The notes under the pieces were generated by a model. It saw only the letters and a program-made list of their open reading frames with translations, ran no database searches and was not told where the DNA came from. From positions 12,557 through 76,556 of the IMG/VR virus record IMGVR_UViG_3300015615_000680: a stretch of DNA of 64,000 nt, one strand, 5' to 3'. The DNA comes from a virus. The position numbers and the translations under genes are program-made. Positions 46,129 through 55,271 of this stretch are shown here, piece after piece; position 1 is the first letter of the stretch, and every line of letters begins with the position of its first letter.

Positions 46129-46493
46129 GCCGCGGCGCTCCGGCCGAATCGCCGACGCGTCGTGTCGTCGAGCTGCCAGCCCGTCCCCCAATGGGTCCGG
46201 ATCGTGATGCCGTAGGGCTTCACCTTGCGGCGCAGCTTGCAGACGAACACATCGACGATCTTCGGGTCGGGCTCGTCCTTGCCCATGCTGCGGTAGAGCG
46301 CCGCCATCATCGCGTCCTTGGACGCGACCTCGCGGTTGACCAGGACGCCGAACACGATCCGCTCCGCCGCGGTCAGGCCCCACTCGAACGGCGTCTCGAA
46401 CGTGCCGATCAGCGCATCCTCGAGCCGCCGGACGTGCTCGCGCAGCTCGTCGTTCTCCCGCTCCAGCAGTGCGATGCGCGCCTCAGGATGCAT
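46125..46493 (-). CDS. Coiled coil plus OmpR-type winged helix resembling CtrA DNA-binding domain
   Basis: LY...DEPDPKIVDVFVCKLRRKV...IRTHWGTGW. Confidence 0.85.
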   Translation of the reverse strand: MHPEARIALLERENDELREHVRRLEDALIGTFETPFEWGLTAAERIVFGVLVNREVASKDAMMAALYRSMGKDEPDPKIVDVFVCKLRRKVKPYGITIRTHWGTGWQLDDTTRRRFGRSAAA

Positions 46494-47310
46494 CGCGCAC
46501 CTTCGGCGTCGCCCGGAACAGGATGGTGGCGAGCCCGCGCCAGACTGGCACTTCGTGCTCGGCCGCGTACATCCTGCCCTGCCGTTCGGCATCGGCGCCC
46601 AGGGCGCGCAGCGCCATGGTCAGGTCATCGTCCGTCACCCGGCCGGTATGCTCCGGATCGAACAGCAGGAACTCGACCGCTCGCAGGGCCGCGGCGGATG
46701 CAGGCGCCAGCTTGGCGCGAACGCAGATCTCCATCACCCGGCGCGCGCCCAGCGCGTAGCGCCGCCGCACCAGTGCGCGCACCGTCGAGATGCCCATCAC
46801 GTCGCCCGGCTGGTACCGGCCGTCATAGGGCGGGTACTTCAGCACCCGCGCGCCGGCGCGGGCGCAGACCTGCTCCACGGTGACCGCCTCCTCGTCACCC
46901 GCGGCGACCAGGGCGTGGTGGAGCTGCGGCGGGGTGATGCCGATGCGGTCCCTGTTCAGCTTGACGAACGCGGCGGCGCGATCCTCCTGCCGCGGCGCGA
47001 CGACGACCTGGACGGGGATGGTCGCCACACGCGGGTGGCTGGCGGCGGCGATCGCGGTGTGCTGGCCGTCGATGATGTGGAAGCCGCCGTCCGCCTCGAC
47101 GACGACGGGCGGCTTGTAGGCGCACCAGTCCCAGCCGGCGACCAGGCGGCGGATCAGTTTGCGGGAACGCTCGGAAAGATTGCGCTGGTACGTGTCGTCG
47201 ACCAGGAGCGTCTCGGGAACGACGTCGATGAACCGCGGCGGCGGCATGTCCGCGCCGCCCGGCACGATGTCCGGCAGGTTGAGCGCGCTCACGGGCCGAA
47301 GCGTGGTCAT
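46483..47310 (-). CDS. ParB-like N-terminal domain protein
   Basis: LLVDDTYQRNL...FHIIDGQHTAIAA. Confidence 0.8.
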   Translation of the reverse strand: MTTLRPVSALNLPDIVPGGADMPPPRFIDVVPETLLVDDTYQRNLSERSRKLIRRLVAGWDWCAYKPPVVVEADGGFHIIDGQHTAIAAASHPRVATIPVQVVVAPRQEDRAAAFVKLNRDRIGITPPQLHHALVAAGDEEAVTVEQVCARAGARVLKYPPYDGRYQPGDVMGISTVRALVRRRYALGARRVMEICVRAKLAPASAAALRAVEFLLFDPEHTGRVTDDDLTMALRALGADAERQGRMYAAEHEVPVWRGLATILFRATPKVRDAS

Positions 47311-49136
47311 GCCGCCTCGGCCTCCGGCTCGGCGATGCCAAAGTTGGCGCGCACGAGCGCCTCGGAGAGCTGGGGATTGACGGCGTTGCCGCACATTCGC
47401 ACCTGCGCGGTCTTGGTCAGCGGCTTGCCGTCGACCACGGGCGTGATCACGTAGCCTTCCGGGAAGCCTTGCGCGCGGAACAACTCGGGCGCCGTCAGCA
47501 TCCGCATCCCGATGTCCACGATGGCGTAGGGCTGGCCGGCCACCATGACGAGGCCGAAGCGGTCTCGCGTGGTGACCGTGTGCAAGGGCTCGTCCAGGCG
47601 CGGATCCTGGTCGGCCCCGTAATATTTCATGAGGAAGGCGCGCACCTCGCCGACGTGCCAGCCGCCGGCACAGACCGTCGGGAGCGGAACATCGACCGCG
47701 CTGCCGCGCCGGTCGCTGCCTTTGAGGTTGATCAGGTGCGAGGCAATCACGGACTGCTGCGTGCCGCGGGTCGTGATCGTGGAAACCGGCTCGGTGGCGG
47801 ATCGCGCCGGCCGCCCGGGATGCGAGCCGGCCGTATGCTGGGCGAGGAACGCGGCCACCAGCCGATGCCCGTTCGCCGTGGGCACCACCGTCGGCCCCGG
47901 CGCGTCGATCGGATGCGTCCGCGGCACCTGCCCTTCCCGTTCGCCATAGCGAGGCACCAGGAAGGGGGCGACCAGCGCGTGCTCGCCGCGGTGCGCCGTC
48001 GTTACCGTGCGCAGGGGCTCATCCAACCGGTGCACCCGGTCGTCGCCCTGGTGGGTGACCGGCGCTACGAACGGCGTGATCAGGGCGTGGTTACCGCCGC
48101 CGGCATGGATGGTCCGGATCGGCTCATCGACGCCGTGGCACCGCGAACCGGGCCGCAGCGCATGCTCCCCGTGCGCCAGGCCGGTCACGAACGGCGTGAT
48201 CAGCGGATGGGGGCCGCGGTGCATCTCACGGAGGAATCGCGCGCGCCGGGCCGCGCCGCCGTCCGCTGGCGGCGCCGGCACGATGAACGGCTCGGGAGCG
48301 TCGATGACATAGCGCTTCACCCCGCGCGCAATGCGCCGCATGGTCGCCTCGACCAGCGGACGGTTCACCCCGAGCGCGCGCCCTTCCTCCCGGGTCAGGA
48401 AGATCGACGGGCACGGCAGCGACCAGTCGATGATCTGGGCGGCGGTGCGGAACGGCTGCTCGCGGCCGGGACCGTGCGTCGGGTCCGGCCATGCGATCGG
48501 GGCGCCGTCGCAGCGCGCGACCAGGAACAGGCGCTTCCTGATCGTCGGCGTCCCGTAGACGCTGGCGCGCAGCTCGCGCCATTCCAGTTCATAGGCGCGG
48601 CGGCGAAGCGCGCTGCACCACTTGCGGAACGTCTCGCCGGCGCGCGCCGGGTCGCGCTCCAGCACCGGGTTGCTGTTCGCGTCCAGCACGGGTGTGCCGT
48701 CGGCGCCGCAGCGGTGCCGGAGCGGCCCCCAGCCGAGCCATTCCTCGACATTCTCCATCAGGATGACGCGCGGCCGGGCAAGTTCCGCCCAGTGAACGAC
48801 CACCCAGGCGAGGTCGCGGCTGTGGGTGTTGCGGATCGGCGCCGCACCCTTGGCCTTGCTGTGATCCGTGCAGTCCGGCGAGAACCACGCGAGATCGACC
48901 GGCAATGGCCGGCGCGACCCGCGGCGCAGCGATGCTTCGCGCACCACGTCGCGCGGGTCGGCGCGGTAGACCGACTGGCACAGCACGTTGGTGTGCGGGT
49001 GGTTAGCGCGGTACATCGCGCAGGCTTCGGCGTCGTGGTTGAGCGCAACGTCGACCGGCCGCCCGATCGCGCGTTCGATGCCGACCGACGCGCCGCCGCC
49101 GCCTGCGAATGAGTCGATGACCAGCCCGTCGATCAT
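47307..49136 (-). CDS. C5 DNA cytosine methyltransferase with repeated variable region
   Basis: FAGGGG, FSPDC, MENV, RKRLF, RML...AQGFP, GNAV; several P(L/I)xT(V/I)T repeats. Confidence 0.95.
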   Translation of the reverse strand: MIDGLVIDSFAGGGGASVGIERAIGRPVDVALNHDAEACAMYRANHPHTNVLCQSVYRADPRDVVREASLRRGSRRPLPVDLAWFSPDCTDHSKAKGAAPIRNTHSRDLAWVVVHWAELARPRVILMENVEEWLGWGPLRHRCGADGTPVLDANSNPVLERDPARAGETFRKWCSALRRRAYELEWRELRASVYGTPTIRKRLFLVARCDGAPIAWPDPTHGPGREQPFRTAAQIIDWSLPCPSIFLTREEGRALGVNRPLVEATMRRIARGVKRYVIDAPEPFIVPAPPADGGAARRARFLREMHRGPHPLITPFVTGLAHGEHALRPGSRCHGVDEPIRTIHAGGGNHALITPFVAPVTHQGDDRVHRLDEPLRTVTTAHRGEHALVAPFLVPRYGEREGQVPRTHPIDAPGPTVVPTANGHRLVAAFLAQHTAGSHPGRPARSATEPVSTITTRGTQQSVIASHLINLKGSDRRGSAVDVPLPTVCAGGWHVGEVRAFLMKYYGADQDPRLDEPLHTVTTRDRFGLVMVAGQPYAIVDIGMRMLTAPELFRAQGFPEGYVITPVVDGKPLTKTAQVRMCGNAVNPQLSEALVRANFGIAEPEAEAA

Positions 49137-49666
49137 GCCGCGCCCTGCCCCGGCCGCGAGAACATCGGCGTCGCCGCTTCGACCCGGAACGACTTGTCCA
49201 GGTACGACTTAGTGTGGACCCAGAGCGCGGTCGCATCGGCTGCGTTGTGATCCGGGATGTCCCAGCCGAGCAGCTTGCACCGCTCCAGGACGGCCTTCTT
49301 CGGGTTGTCCGGCCGGCCGTGCGACAGAAATGTCTTGCGCACGGTCTGGACGTGCTCTTCCAGGCAGCGGACGCTGTAGCCGTGGCAGCACGATTCGACG
49401 TGCCCGCAGAGGCTGATCAGGAGCCGGGCGGTCGCCGCGTTCATCACGACGCCGTGACCGCCCATCAGCGGCGCCTCGAACGAGACGATCCCGGGTTTCC
49501 AGGTCGAGATCATCTGGCACAGCCAGGCGCTGAACTCGAAGCACGCGCGGCCGAGCGCGTCGGCGCTTCCCGGCACCGCATAGACGCCGGCGCGCGGCGG
49601 GCACGTCGTCGGCCCGTCCACGCACCAGCCCGTGCGAAGCGCGATGTCCAGGCTGAGGACGATCAC
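49133..49666 (-). CDS. RuvC-like Holliday junction resolvase
   Basis: VLSLDIALRTGW, VSFEAP, DHNAADA. Confidence 0.8.
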   Translation of the reverse strand: MIVLSLDIALRTGWCVDGPTTCPPRAGVYAVPGSADALGRACFEFSAWLCQMISTWKPGIVSFEAPLMGGHGVVMNAATARLLISLCGHVESCCHGYSVRCLEEHVQTVRKTFLSHGRPDNPKKAVLERCKLLGWDIPDHNAADATALWVHTKSYLDKSFRVEAATPMFSRPGQGAA

Positions 49667-50112
49667 GCCGTCCCCGCCGCCTCGGCCTCGGCCATCTCGC
49701 GCTCCTTGCGCTTCAGGAACTCGGGCCTCAAATCGGTGTCGTCGCCGCCGCCATTCTGCTTTGCGGAAGCCGCGCGCTGCTTCTCGGCTTCCTGCACCCA
49801 GTCGAGCTGCTCGCCGATCCCGAGCGCGGACGCGGCCTCGCGAAGCCCGTCGAGGAATGTGTCGCGCGCCGCGCCGTCCTTCATGTCGGATAGGCGGAGC
49901 GCGGCCATGAACGACTTCGCGTCGATGCCGGCATCCTTCAGGCGCTCGCGGATCGCGCCGGCGTCTTCGTTGAGCGTGGCGCGCTCGTCCTGGATGCGCC
50001 GCATCGACTGCGCGCATTCCTGGATGATGATCGCGCGATCCTTCGCATTGTGTTCCGCGGCTTGCCCAGCGGCGGTCTGCTCGGGGTCGGCGTTCTTGAC
50101 TCGTCCGGCCAT
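49663..50112 (-). CDS. GapR/DUF2312-like DNA-binding protein
   Basis: RIQDERATLNEDAGAIRERLKDAGIDAKSFMAALRL; GAGGAGG RBS. Confidence 0.7.
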   Translation of the reverse strand: MAGRVKNADPEQTAAGQAAEHNAKDRAIIIQECAQSMRRIQDERATLNEDAGAIRERLKDAGIDAKSFMAALRLSDMKDGAARDTFLDGLREAASALGIGEQLDWVQEAEKQRAASAKQNGGGDDTDLRPEFLKRKEREMAEAEAAGTA

Positions 50113-50137
50113 GTCGGCCTCCTCGTCCGTTGAAGGG

Positions 50138-50167
50138 TGCCGGCCCGGGCGCTAATCCGGGCCGGCA
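50138..50167. terminator. Perfect 11-bp intergenic stem-loop
   Basis: TGCCGGCCCGG-gcgctaat-CCGGGCCGGCA. Confidence 0.45.
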
Positions 50168-50236
50168 AGTTGGTGTGTCACTCCGTCGGCGCGACTACGC
50201 TACGCAGCGGCAGGGCGCCGGCCCGCCGAAGGCTGT

Positions 50237-51403
50237 TCAATTCGCCGCGGTGTCCGCCGCCCCCGCATCACGCACGGGGACCGGGAACGCCGGCAGGTTC
50301 CTGCGTTCCCGCCAGCGGTTCGCGCGCTCGACCAGCCCGCTGCGGTCGACGCTGTCGCGCCCGTTCAGCAGCCAGCGGTCCTTGCCGTGGCGCACGACCA
50401 CCACGTCCATCGACTGGAGGAAGACGACGACCTCGTCCGCGTTCGCCGGCATCACGGTTGCGGCGGTGCGCGCCTGCAGCGCGGTCTTCTTCGCCGCCCA
50501 GCCGGGCCCGCGCGCGGGGAGACCCAGCGCCTTGCGGTGGCTGCTGACGACGTCCGGCTTCATGCGCAGCTCGGTCGCGATGACGGCGATCGGCCGGTCG
50601 TCCGCCCACAGGCGGCGCAGCGTCGCCTCCTTCGTCGGCGTCAGCTCGTTCGATGCCTCGCGGGCTGCCCGTTGCGCGCGCTTGTTCCAGCCGGGCCCGC
50701 GCACCGGCAGGCCGAGATCCTTGGCGCGCTTCTTGACCCAATCCGCCTTGTGGCCGACGGCGTCGCCGATCGCCTCGGTCGGCTCGCCCGCCAGCCACAT
50801 CGTCCGGATCGCGTCGGCAACCTCGTCGGACAGCGCAGGCCCGGCGGCAGCGGCGCGCGCGGCGTTCCTTGCCGCGGCCGAGAATCCCGCCTTGCGCGCC
50901 GGCAGGCCGAGCCGCTTGCGCAGCGTGAAGACCTGTTCCCGTTCGACGCCGGCCTTCGCGGCGATTTCCGCCGCGCTGGCCGGCGTAGGCCACAGGGTGC
51001 GGACGACCTCGATCTGCTGATCGGTGAACTTGGACGACACCGTGCCCGGCGGCGGGCCGCTGCGCCGTCGCGGCTTCGGGGGAGCCGACGCTTCCGCCGT
51101 GGCGTCGGCCGGTGCGGGCGGGAATCGGTCCGCCGGCTCGGGGGGCGCCGCTTCGGCCGGTGCTAGCCCCGGCGTGGCGACGGGCGGACCCGCCAGTATC
51201 TCGATATCGGTCGACGCCGCATTTGGGTCGTCGGCCGGCGCCGCGCCACCGGCCGCGCCGGCCAGGCTCCGGCGCCACGCATCGGCCGCCGCGCTCTCGG
51301 GAAACCAGCCCAGCACTTGCCAGGCGCCGCGGGCATCCGTCCGGACGACATAGGCGCCCGGGCTTCCGACGACGATGGCGGTGTGGACGCCCGGACCGAT
51401 CAT
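50237..51403 (-). CDS. Protein with three tandem GcrA-like HTH repeats
   Basis: Start MIGPGVH; repeats xRxLW...IA......LGLPxR three times. Confidence 0.7.
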   Translation of the reverse strand: MIGPGVHTAIVVGSPGAYVVRTDARGAWQVLGWFPESAAADAWRRSLAGAAGGAAPADDPNAASTDIEILAGPPVATPGLAPAEAAPPEPADRFPPAPADATAEASAPPKPRRRSGPPPGTVSSKFTDQQIEVVRTLWPTPASAAEIAAKAGVEREQVFTLRKRLGLPARKAGFSAAARNAARAAAAGPALSDEVADAIRTMWLAGEPTEAIGDAVGHKADWVKKRAKDLGLPVRGPGWNKRAQRAAREASNELTPTKEATLRRLWADDRPIAVIATELRMKPDVVSSHRKALGLPARGPGWAAKKTALQARTAATVMPANADEVVVFLQSMDVVVVRHGKDRWLLNGRDSVDRSGLVERANRWRERRNLPAFPVPVRDAGAADTAAN

Positions 51404-51831
51404 GCTGCCGCCGGCCCGCGGTTGACGCTTCGCGCCTTCGGCACGAGCGTTGCGCTGATGCAGGAGGCGCACAGCGGGCGCGCCGGCTGGCGGGTGTTGC
51501 GGCACGCCGGGGCGGCACACATGAAGGCGGGCTTGCCGGTGTCCGGCGGGGGCATGACCGGCGCCGGCGCCAGCGGCGGCGCCGGAGGCTCGGTCGTCGG
51601 CGGCTTCGAAACGGTCGAGCCCTGCTGCCACCCGTTGCGATGGGCCTTGCCGAGCACGCCGTTTCGCGTCCGGCGCGGCGTGCCCAGCCGCGCCGCAATC
51701 TCGGACGCGCCGAGGCCTTCCACGCACCACAGGTGCCGCGCCAGGTCGAGCTGCCATTGCGGCCAGCCGCGCGAGGACGTCGCCGGCTCATCTTGCCGCG
51801 GTGTCAGCGCCTCTCCCTTCGCCAGCGACAT
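51400..51831 (-). CDS. GcrA-like regulator
   Basis: W...LARHLWCVEGLGASEIAARLG...TRNGVLGKAHR; C-terminal Cys cluster. Confidence 0.8.
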   Translation of the reverse strand: MSLAKGEALTPRQDEPATSSRGWPQWQLDLARHLWCVEGLGASEIAARLGTPRRTRNGVLGKAHRNGWQQGSTVSKPPTTEPPAPPLAPAPVMPPPDTGKPAFMCAAPACRNTRQPARPLCASCISATLVPKARSVNRGPAAA

Positions 51832-51840
51832 CCCGGCGCC

Positions 51841-52770
51841 TCAGTGCTGGAGGAAGGCGATATTTCGCCGGGTCGACCAGCACAGGCCGCAGGTGCCGCA
51901 ACAGGCGGTCCGGTCGGTCTGCGCCGGGCACACGATCGCCCCGCCGGCCTCGGCAGGATCGCGCACCACGATCGCCGCGCGCTCGGCCAGCGCGCCGGAG
52001 AACCGCACGGCAAAGCGGTCCCAGCGCAGGCCCGACAGCACGCGCAGGAAGATGCCGATCGGGGTGTCGAGCTTCCAGGCCGAGTAGCCGAAGACGTGGA
52101 GCGCGGGGTACGCGTCGAGCCAGCCCGCCCAGAGCCGCGCGTAGGCGAGCGTGGGAAAGTCGCCGAGGATGTGCAGCCGCACCACGAAGCCCTGCGGATG
52201 GCGCGCCTGGAGCGCGGCCAGCTCGACCGGCAGCCGCGCCTCGAGCACCGCGCCGTGCCGCAGCCGCGCCGGATGCGGCATATTGTTGCCGTAGCAACTG
52301 CGCCACTGCGAGCAGGTCGCCGAACACGTCGCCCGCTCTTCCAGGGTCAACGTGTAGATGGGCATTCCCGCCCAGCGCCCCTTGACCACCCGGTCGCCCA
52401 GCTTCCGCTGGTGAACGCCCGATTTCAGGACGGCGAGCGCGGTTCCCGCATCGGCCACGCGGCCGGGAAACAGCGTGCGGCGTTCCGCGACCGCGGGATG
52501 ATCGGCGCCGAGCACGACGCCGCCGCGCGTGGGAGCGCGAAGACGGAAGCGGCGCCGCGGTTCGTCACGCGCGGGTTCGGCGGACCCGGCCGCGCGCACG
52601 GCGTACAGTACCGACGGGTATCCGACGCCCATTTCGCGCGCCAGCGCCGCGGCGTTGCGTAGGGTCGGGTCATAGCGGCGGATGATCTCCGCCTTCTGCG
52701 TCTCCGTCAGGTTCGGACGCCGCCCGCGCCGGGGCTTGGCCAGCAGCGATTTGCCCTCCATCAGCGACAT
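51841..52770 (-). CDS. HTH plus GP88-like Cys-rich (radical-SAM-like) protein
   Basis: TLEERATCSATCSQWRSCYG (Cx3Cx5C), VRLHILGDF, CPAQ...CCGTCGLCW. Confidence 0.7.
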   Translation of the reverse strand: MSLMEGKSLLAKPRRGRRPNLTETQKAEIIRRYDPTLRNAAALAREMGVGYPSVLYAVRAAGSAEPARDEPRRRFRLRAPTRGGVVLGADHPAVAERRTLFPGRVADAGTALAVLKSGVHQRKLGDRVVKGRWAGMPIYTLTLEERATCSATCSQWRSCYGNNMPHPARLRHGAVLEARLPVELAALQARHPQGFVVRLHILGDFPTLAYARLWAGWLDAYPALHVFGYSAWKLDTPIGIFLRVLSGLRWDRFAVRFSGALAERAAIVVRDPAEAGGAIVCPAQTDRTACCGTCGLCWSTRRNIAFLQH

Positions 52771-53396
52771 GCGTTCGCCTCAGGATCGGTTTGCGGCACG
52801 GCAGGCGGCACCCACGCCCTGTTGGCGCAGATGGAGTAAATCGATTGCGACGGCACGCCGAATTCGGCGGCGAGACGCCGGCCGTTGCCACGGATACCGG
52901 GCGCCCGCTTGCGATACCGGCGGCGAATCTCGTCAACCTGGGCCTGCGTCAGTCGGGCGCGCGGGTGTCGAGCGCACGCCGTATCGGTCCCGTGCCGCAC
53001 GCGGTCCTCGTACTGCTCGGGCATCAGCGCCCAACGCAGATTGCTCTCATCGTTGTTGAGCTTCGTGCCGTCGTTGTGGGCGACGGTGTGCTTAGGCGTC
53101 GGACGCGGACCGAGATAGGCCAGCGCGACCATCGTGTGCACCGGCACGAGCTTGCGGATGCCGCCGATCGAGGTGCTGATCCGGCGGTAGCCGTCGGCGT
53201 CGTATGATCCAGCCAGGACGCGCCCGGCCCGGCGAATACGGCCGCGCGAGCTGGCTTCGTACGGCGCGAGGCCGGGAACGAGGCGCCATTCCTCGTTAAC
53301 CACCGAATGCGGGACGACAACGCCCGCCGCCGCCCCTACGGTCGGCGCGTGAACGAACGTACGAGAATCCCGCTGGCCCGGTGCGCCGGTCCCCAT
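52761..53396 (-). CDS. NUMOD4-HNH homing endonuclease (alternative start 53303)
   Basis: EEWRLVPG..YEASSRGRIR; VHTMVALAYLG...AHNDGTKLNNDESNLRW. Confidence 0.88.
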   Translation of the reverse strand: MGTGAPGQRDSRTFVHAPTVGAAAGVVVPHSVVNEEWRLVPGLAPYEASSRGRIRRAGRVLAGSYDADGYRRISTSIGGIRKLVPVHTMVALAYLGPRPTPKHTVAHNDGTKLNNDESNLRWALMPEQYEDRVRHGTDTACARHPRARLTQAQVDEIRRRYRKRAPGIRGNGRRLAAEFGVPSQSIYSICANRAWVPPAVPQTDPEANACR

Positions 53397-53501
53397 TCGT
53401 GTTTCTTTCCCTCTGAGGGCGCCGGGGTCTTTGCCCGGATTCGCCCTCTGCCCTTGACGCTCGTTCGGCCGGCCGGGTGCGTAACGCCCGGACGGGCAGG
53501 T

Positions 53502-53741
53502 TCACTCTGCGGCTCTCGCCGCGTTGTCGATGAAGTCGGCAGGCGTGATGTCGAGGCCGTGCGCCTGCGCGGCGGCCAGGACGGGCCGCTGCTGCCGCGC
53601 CGGAACGAAGCCGCGGTTGATCCAGCCCTGGACAGTCGTCGGATTGCGGTGGCCGAGCGCGCGCGCCGTTGCGGTCAAGCCGCCGAATCGGGCGATGATC
53701 TTCTCGGCCGGGCCGTGCTGGCGGGGGCGGGACCGTCTCAT
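53502..53741 (-). CDS. Cro-like HTH protein
   Basis: IIARFGGLTATARALGHRNPTTVQGWINRGFVP...ITPADF. Confidence 0.8.
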   Translation of the reverse strand: MRRSRPRQHGPAEKIIARFGGLTATARALGHRNPTTVQGWINRGFVPARQQRPVLAAAQAHGLDITPADFIDNAARAAE

Positions 53742-53872
53742 GCCGCCTGATCCCCGGCCGATGACTTGTCGCGCCGTCCGTTGCGGACGACACTCGACCG
53801 GTTGGAAGACGAGTCGGCCGGCGCCGATTGGTTGCGCGGCGACGGGCGAAGGATTGCGACTGAGGAATTTCG

Positions 53873-54277
53873 ATGGGCGGTTGCTTGAAGGCGCTCGGGA
53901 TCGGCGGCGGCGCGGCAGCCGCGTTGATCGCCCTGCTGGCTTTGGCAGGCTACGGCAACCGCGGCGGGCCTGTCGGCGATACGCGCAACGATCCTGGCGG
54001 CAGCAGTCCAACCCCAAGGGCTTCGCGCATGGCCTACGCCAGCGCGCCTGGCCTGCCGCCGGTCGAGGTCGCGGCGGGCGCGCAGCTCGGCGTTGGGATT
54101 GGGGACGACGAGGTTGTGTTCGTCGCCCACACGGTGCGACGTGCCGGCTACCGCTGCGATGCGGTGGACGGGCTGTACCGGCACAATTTCAGCGTCGGCT
54201 TCAAAGCCTACTGCAACGGCCGATACGTGTTCGACGTCGAGGACCGCGGCGGACGCTGGGTCGTGACGGTGCGCTGA
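53873..54277 (+). CDS. Membrane-anchored hypothetical protein (moron-like)
   Basis: GAGG RBS; TM IGGGAAAALIALLALAG; C-terminal GYRCDAV...CNGRYVF. Confidence 0.7.
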   Translation: MGGCLKALGIGGGAAAALIALLALAGYGNRGGPVGDTRNDPGGSSPTPRASRMAYASAPGLPPVEVAAGAQLGVGIGDDEVVFVAHTVRRAGYRCDAVDGLYRHNFSVGFKAYCNGRYVFDVEDRGGRWVVTVR

Positions 54278-54297
54278 CCTGCCCGGGGGCCGCGTCG

Positions 54298-54516
54298 TCA
54301 CTCGGCGGCCTCGTGCGGCGCGTCGGCGGGCCTGTAGGCGTCCATGAATGCTCGGACGCGATCAACCGTGGGCAGCCGCGGCGCGCGGCCTTCCCTAAGG
54401 TCGAAGACGAACTTGGGATCCTTGAGCGCATCAACGCCGAAGCGCGTGGGCTCCATCCGGTGCCGTTCGAGGAACGCTTCCACGTCGGCGAGGAATGCAT
54501 CGAGGGTGCTGCCCAT
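54298..54516 (-). CDS. cro: Cro-like repressor
   Basis: FLADVEAFLERHRMEPTRFG..ALKDPKFVFDLREGRAPR; divergent from CI. Confidence 0.82.
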   Translation of the reverse strand: MGSTLDAFLADVEAFLERHRMEPTRFGVDALKDPKFVFDLREGRAPRLPTVDRVRAFMDAYRPADAPHEAAE

Positions 54517-54524
54517 GACCCAAA

Positions 54525-54582
54525 AGGCTAATAGGATTTTTCCTACGTTGCAAGCGGACAGTTCCTAGTAGGAGATTTCCTA
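54525..54582. promoter_or_regulatory. OR-like operators and cro promoter
   Basis: TAGGATTTTTCCTA (54532-45), GCGGACAGTTCCTA (54554-67), TAGGAGATTTCCTA (54569-82); minus-strand TTGCAA-17-TAGCCT. Confidence 0.85.
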
Positions 54583-54605
54583 TTTCGTGCGTCAGCCTAG
54601 CGTTC

Positions 54606-55271
54606 ATGACAATGGACGAGCCGAGACAGCGCCTGATCGACCTGTCAAACGACAGGAACGTTTCGCTTCAGTGGCTGTCGGAGCATGTTCTCGGACGGAA
54701 CCACGCGTATCTCCAGCAATACATTAATCGGGGATCGCCGCGCGCACTTTCCGAGATTGATCGATTGAAGCTATCTGAATATTTCGGCGAGTCAGAAGAC
54801 GCGTTTAAGCCGCAAGGCATGAAAACAACAAAAAGAAACGTCAATTCTCAAAATGGCGGAAAATCAATGATTATTGTACCAGAGCTTGATGCCAGGGCGG
54901 GCGCAGGGAATATAGGACAGGTCGATACGCCGGAAGAGACAGGACGGTGGATGGTGCCGCCTTCTTTCCTTCGACACGAATTCCATGCCGGGCCGGAGCC
55001 CATCTACATCATTTCCGTGGAAGGGGATTCTATGGCGCCTACGTTAGCCCCTGGAGACCGGATTTTCGTCGACACCAGCCGCACGTCTGGACCGGACGGC
55101 CTCTACGTGCTTCACGATGGCAGCGGCCTTTACGTCAAGCGCCTCGAAAAGGTCCGCGGCACTGAGCGGGTGCGGCTCATTTCCGACAACCCGCACCATA
55201 GCGCCTACGATTTGCCGGCCGAGCAGGTTCACGTCTTCGGTCGGGTGATCGGGCGCGTGCAGCGGCTATGA
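54606..55271 (+). CDS. cI: CI-like repressor (HTH plus S24 peptidase)
   Basis: LGRNHAYLQQYINRGSP; VEGDSMAPTL, YVKRL, LISDNP. Confidence 0.92.
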   Translation: MTMDEPRQRLIDLSNDRNVSLQWLSEHVLGRNHAYLQQYINRGSPRALSEIDRLKLSEYFGESEDAFKPQGMKTTKRNVNSQNGGKSMIIVPELDARAGAGNIGQVDTPEETGRWMVPPSFLRHEFHAGPEPIYIISVEGDSMAPTLAPGDRIFVDTSRTSGPDGLYVLHDGSGLYVKRLEKVRGTERVRLISDNPHHSAYDLPAEQVHVFGRVIGRVQRL

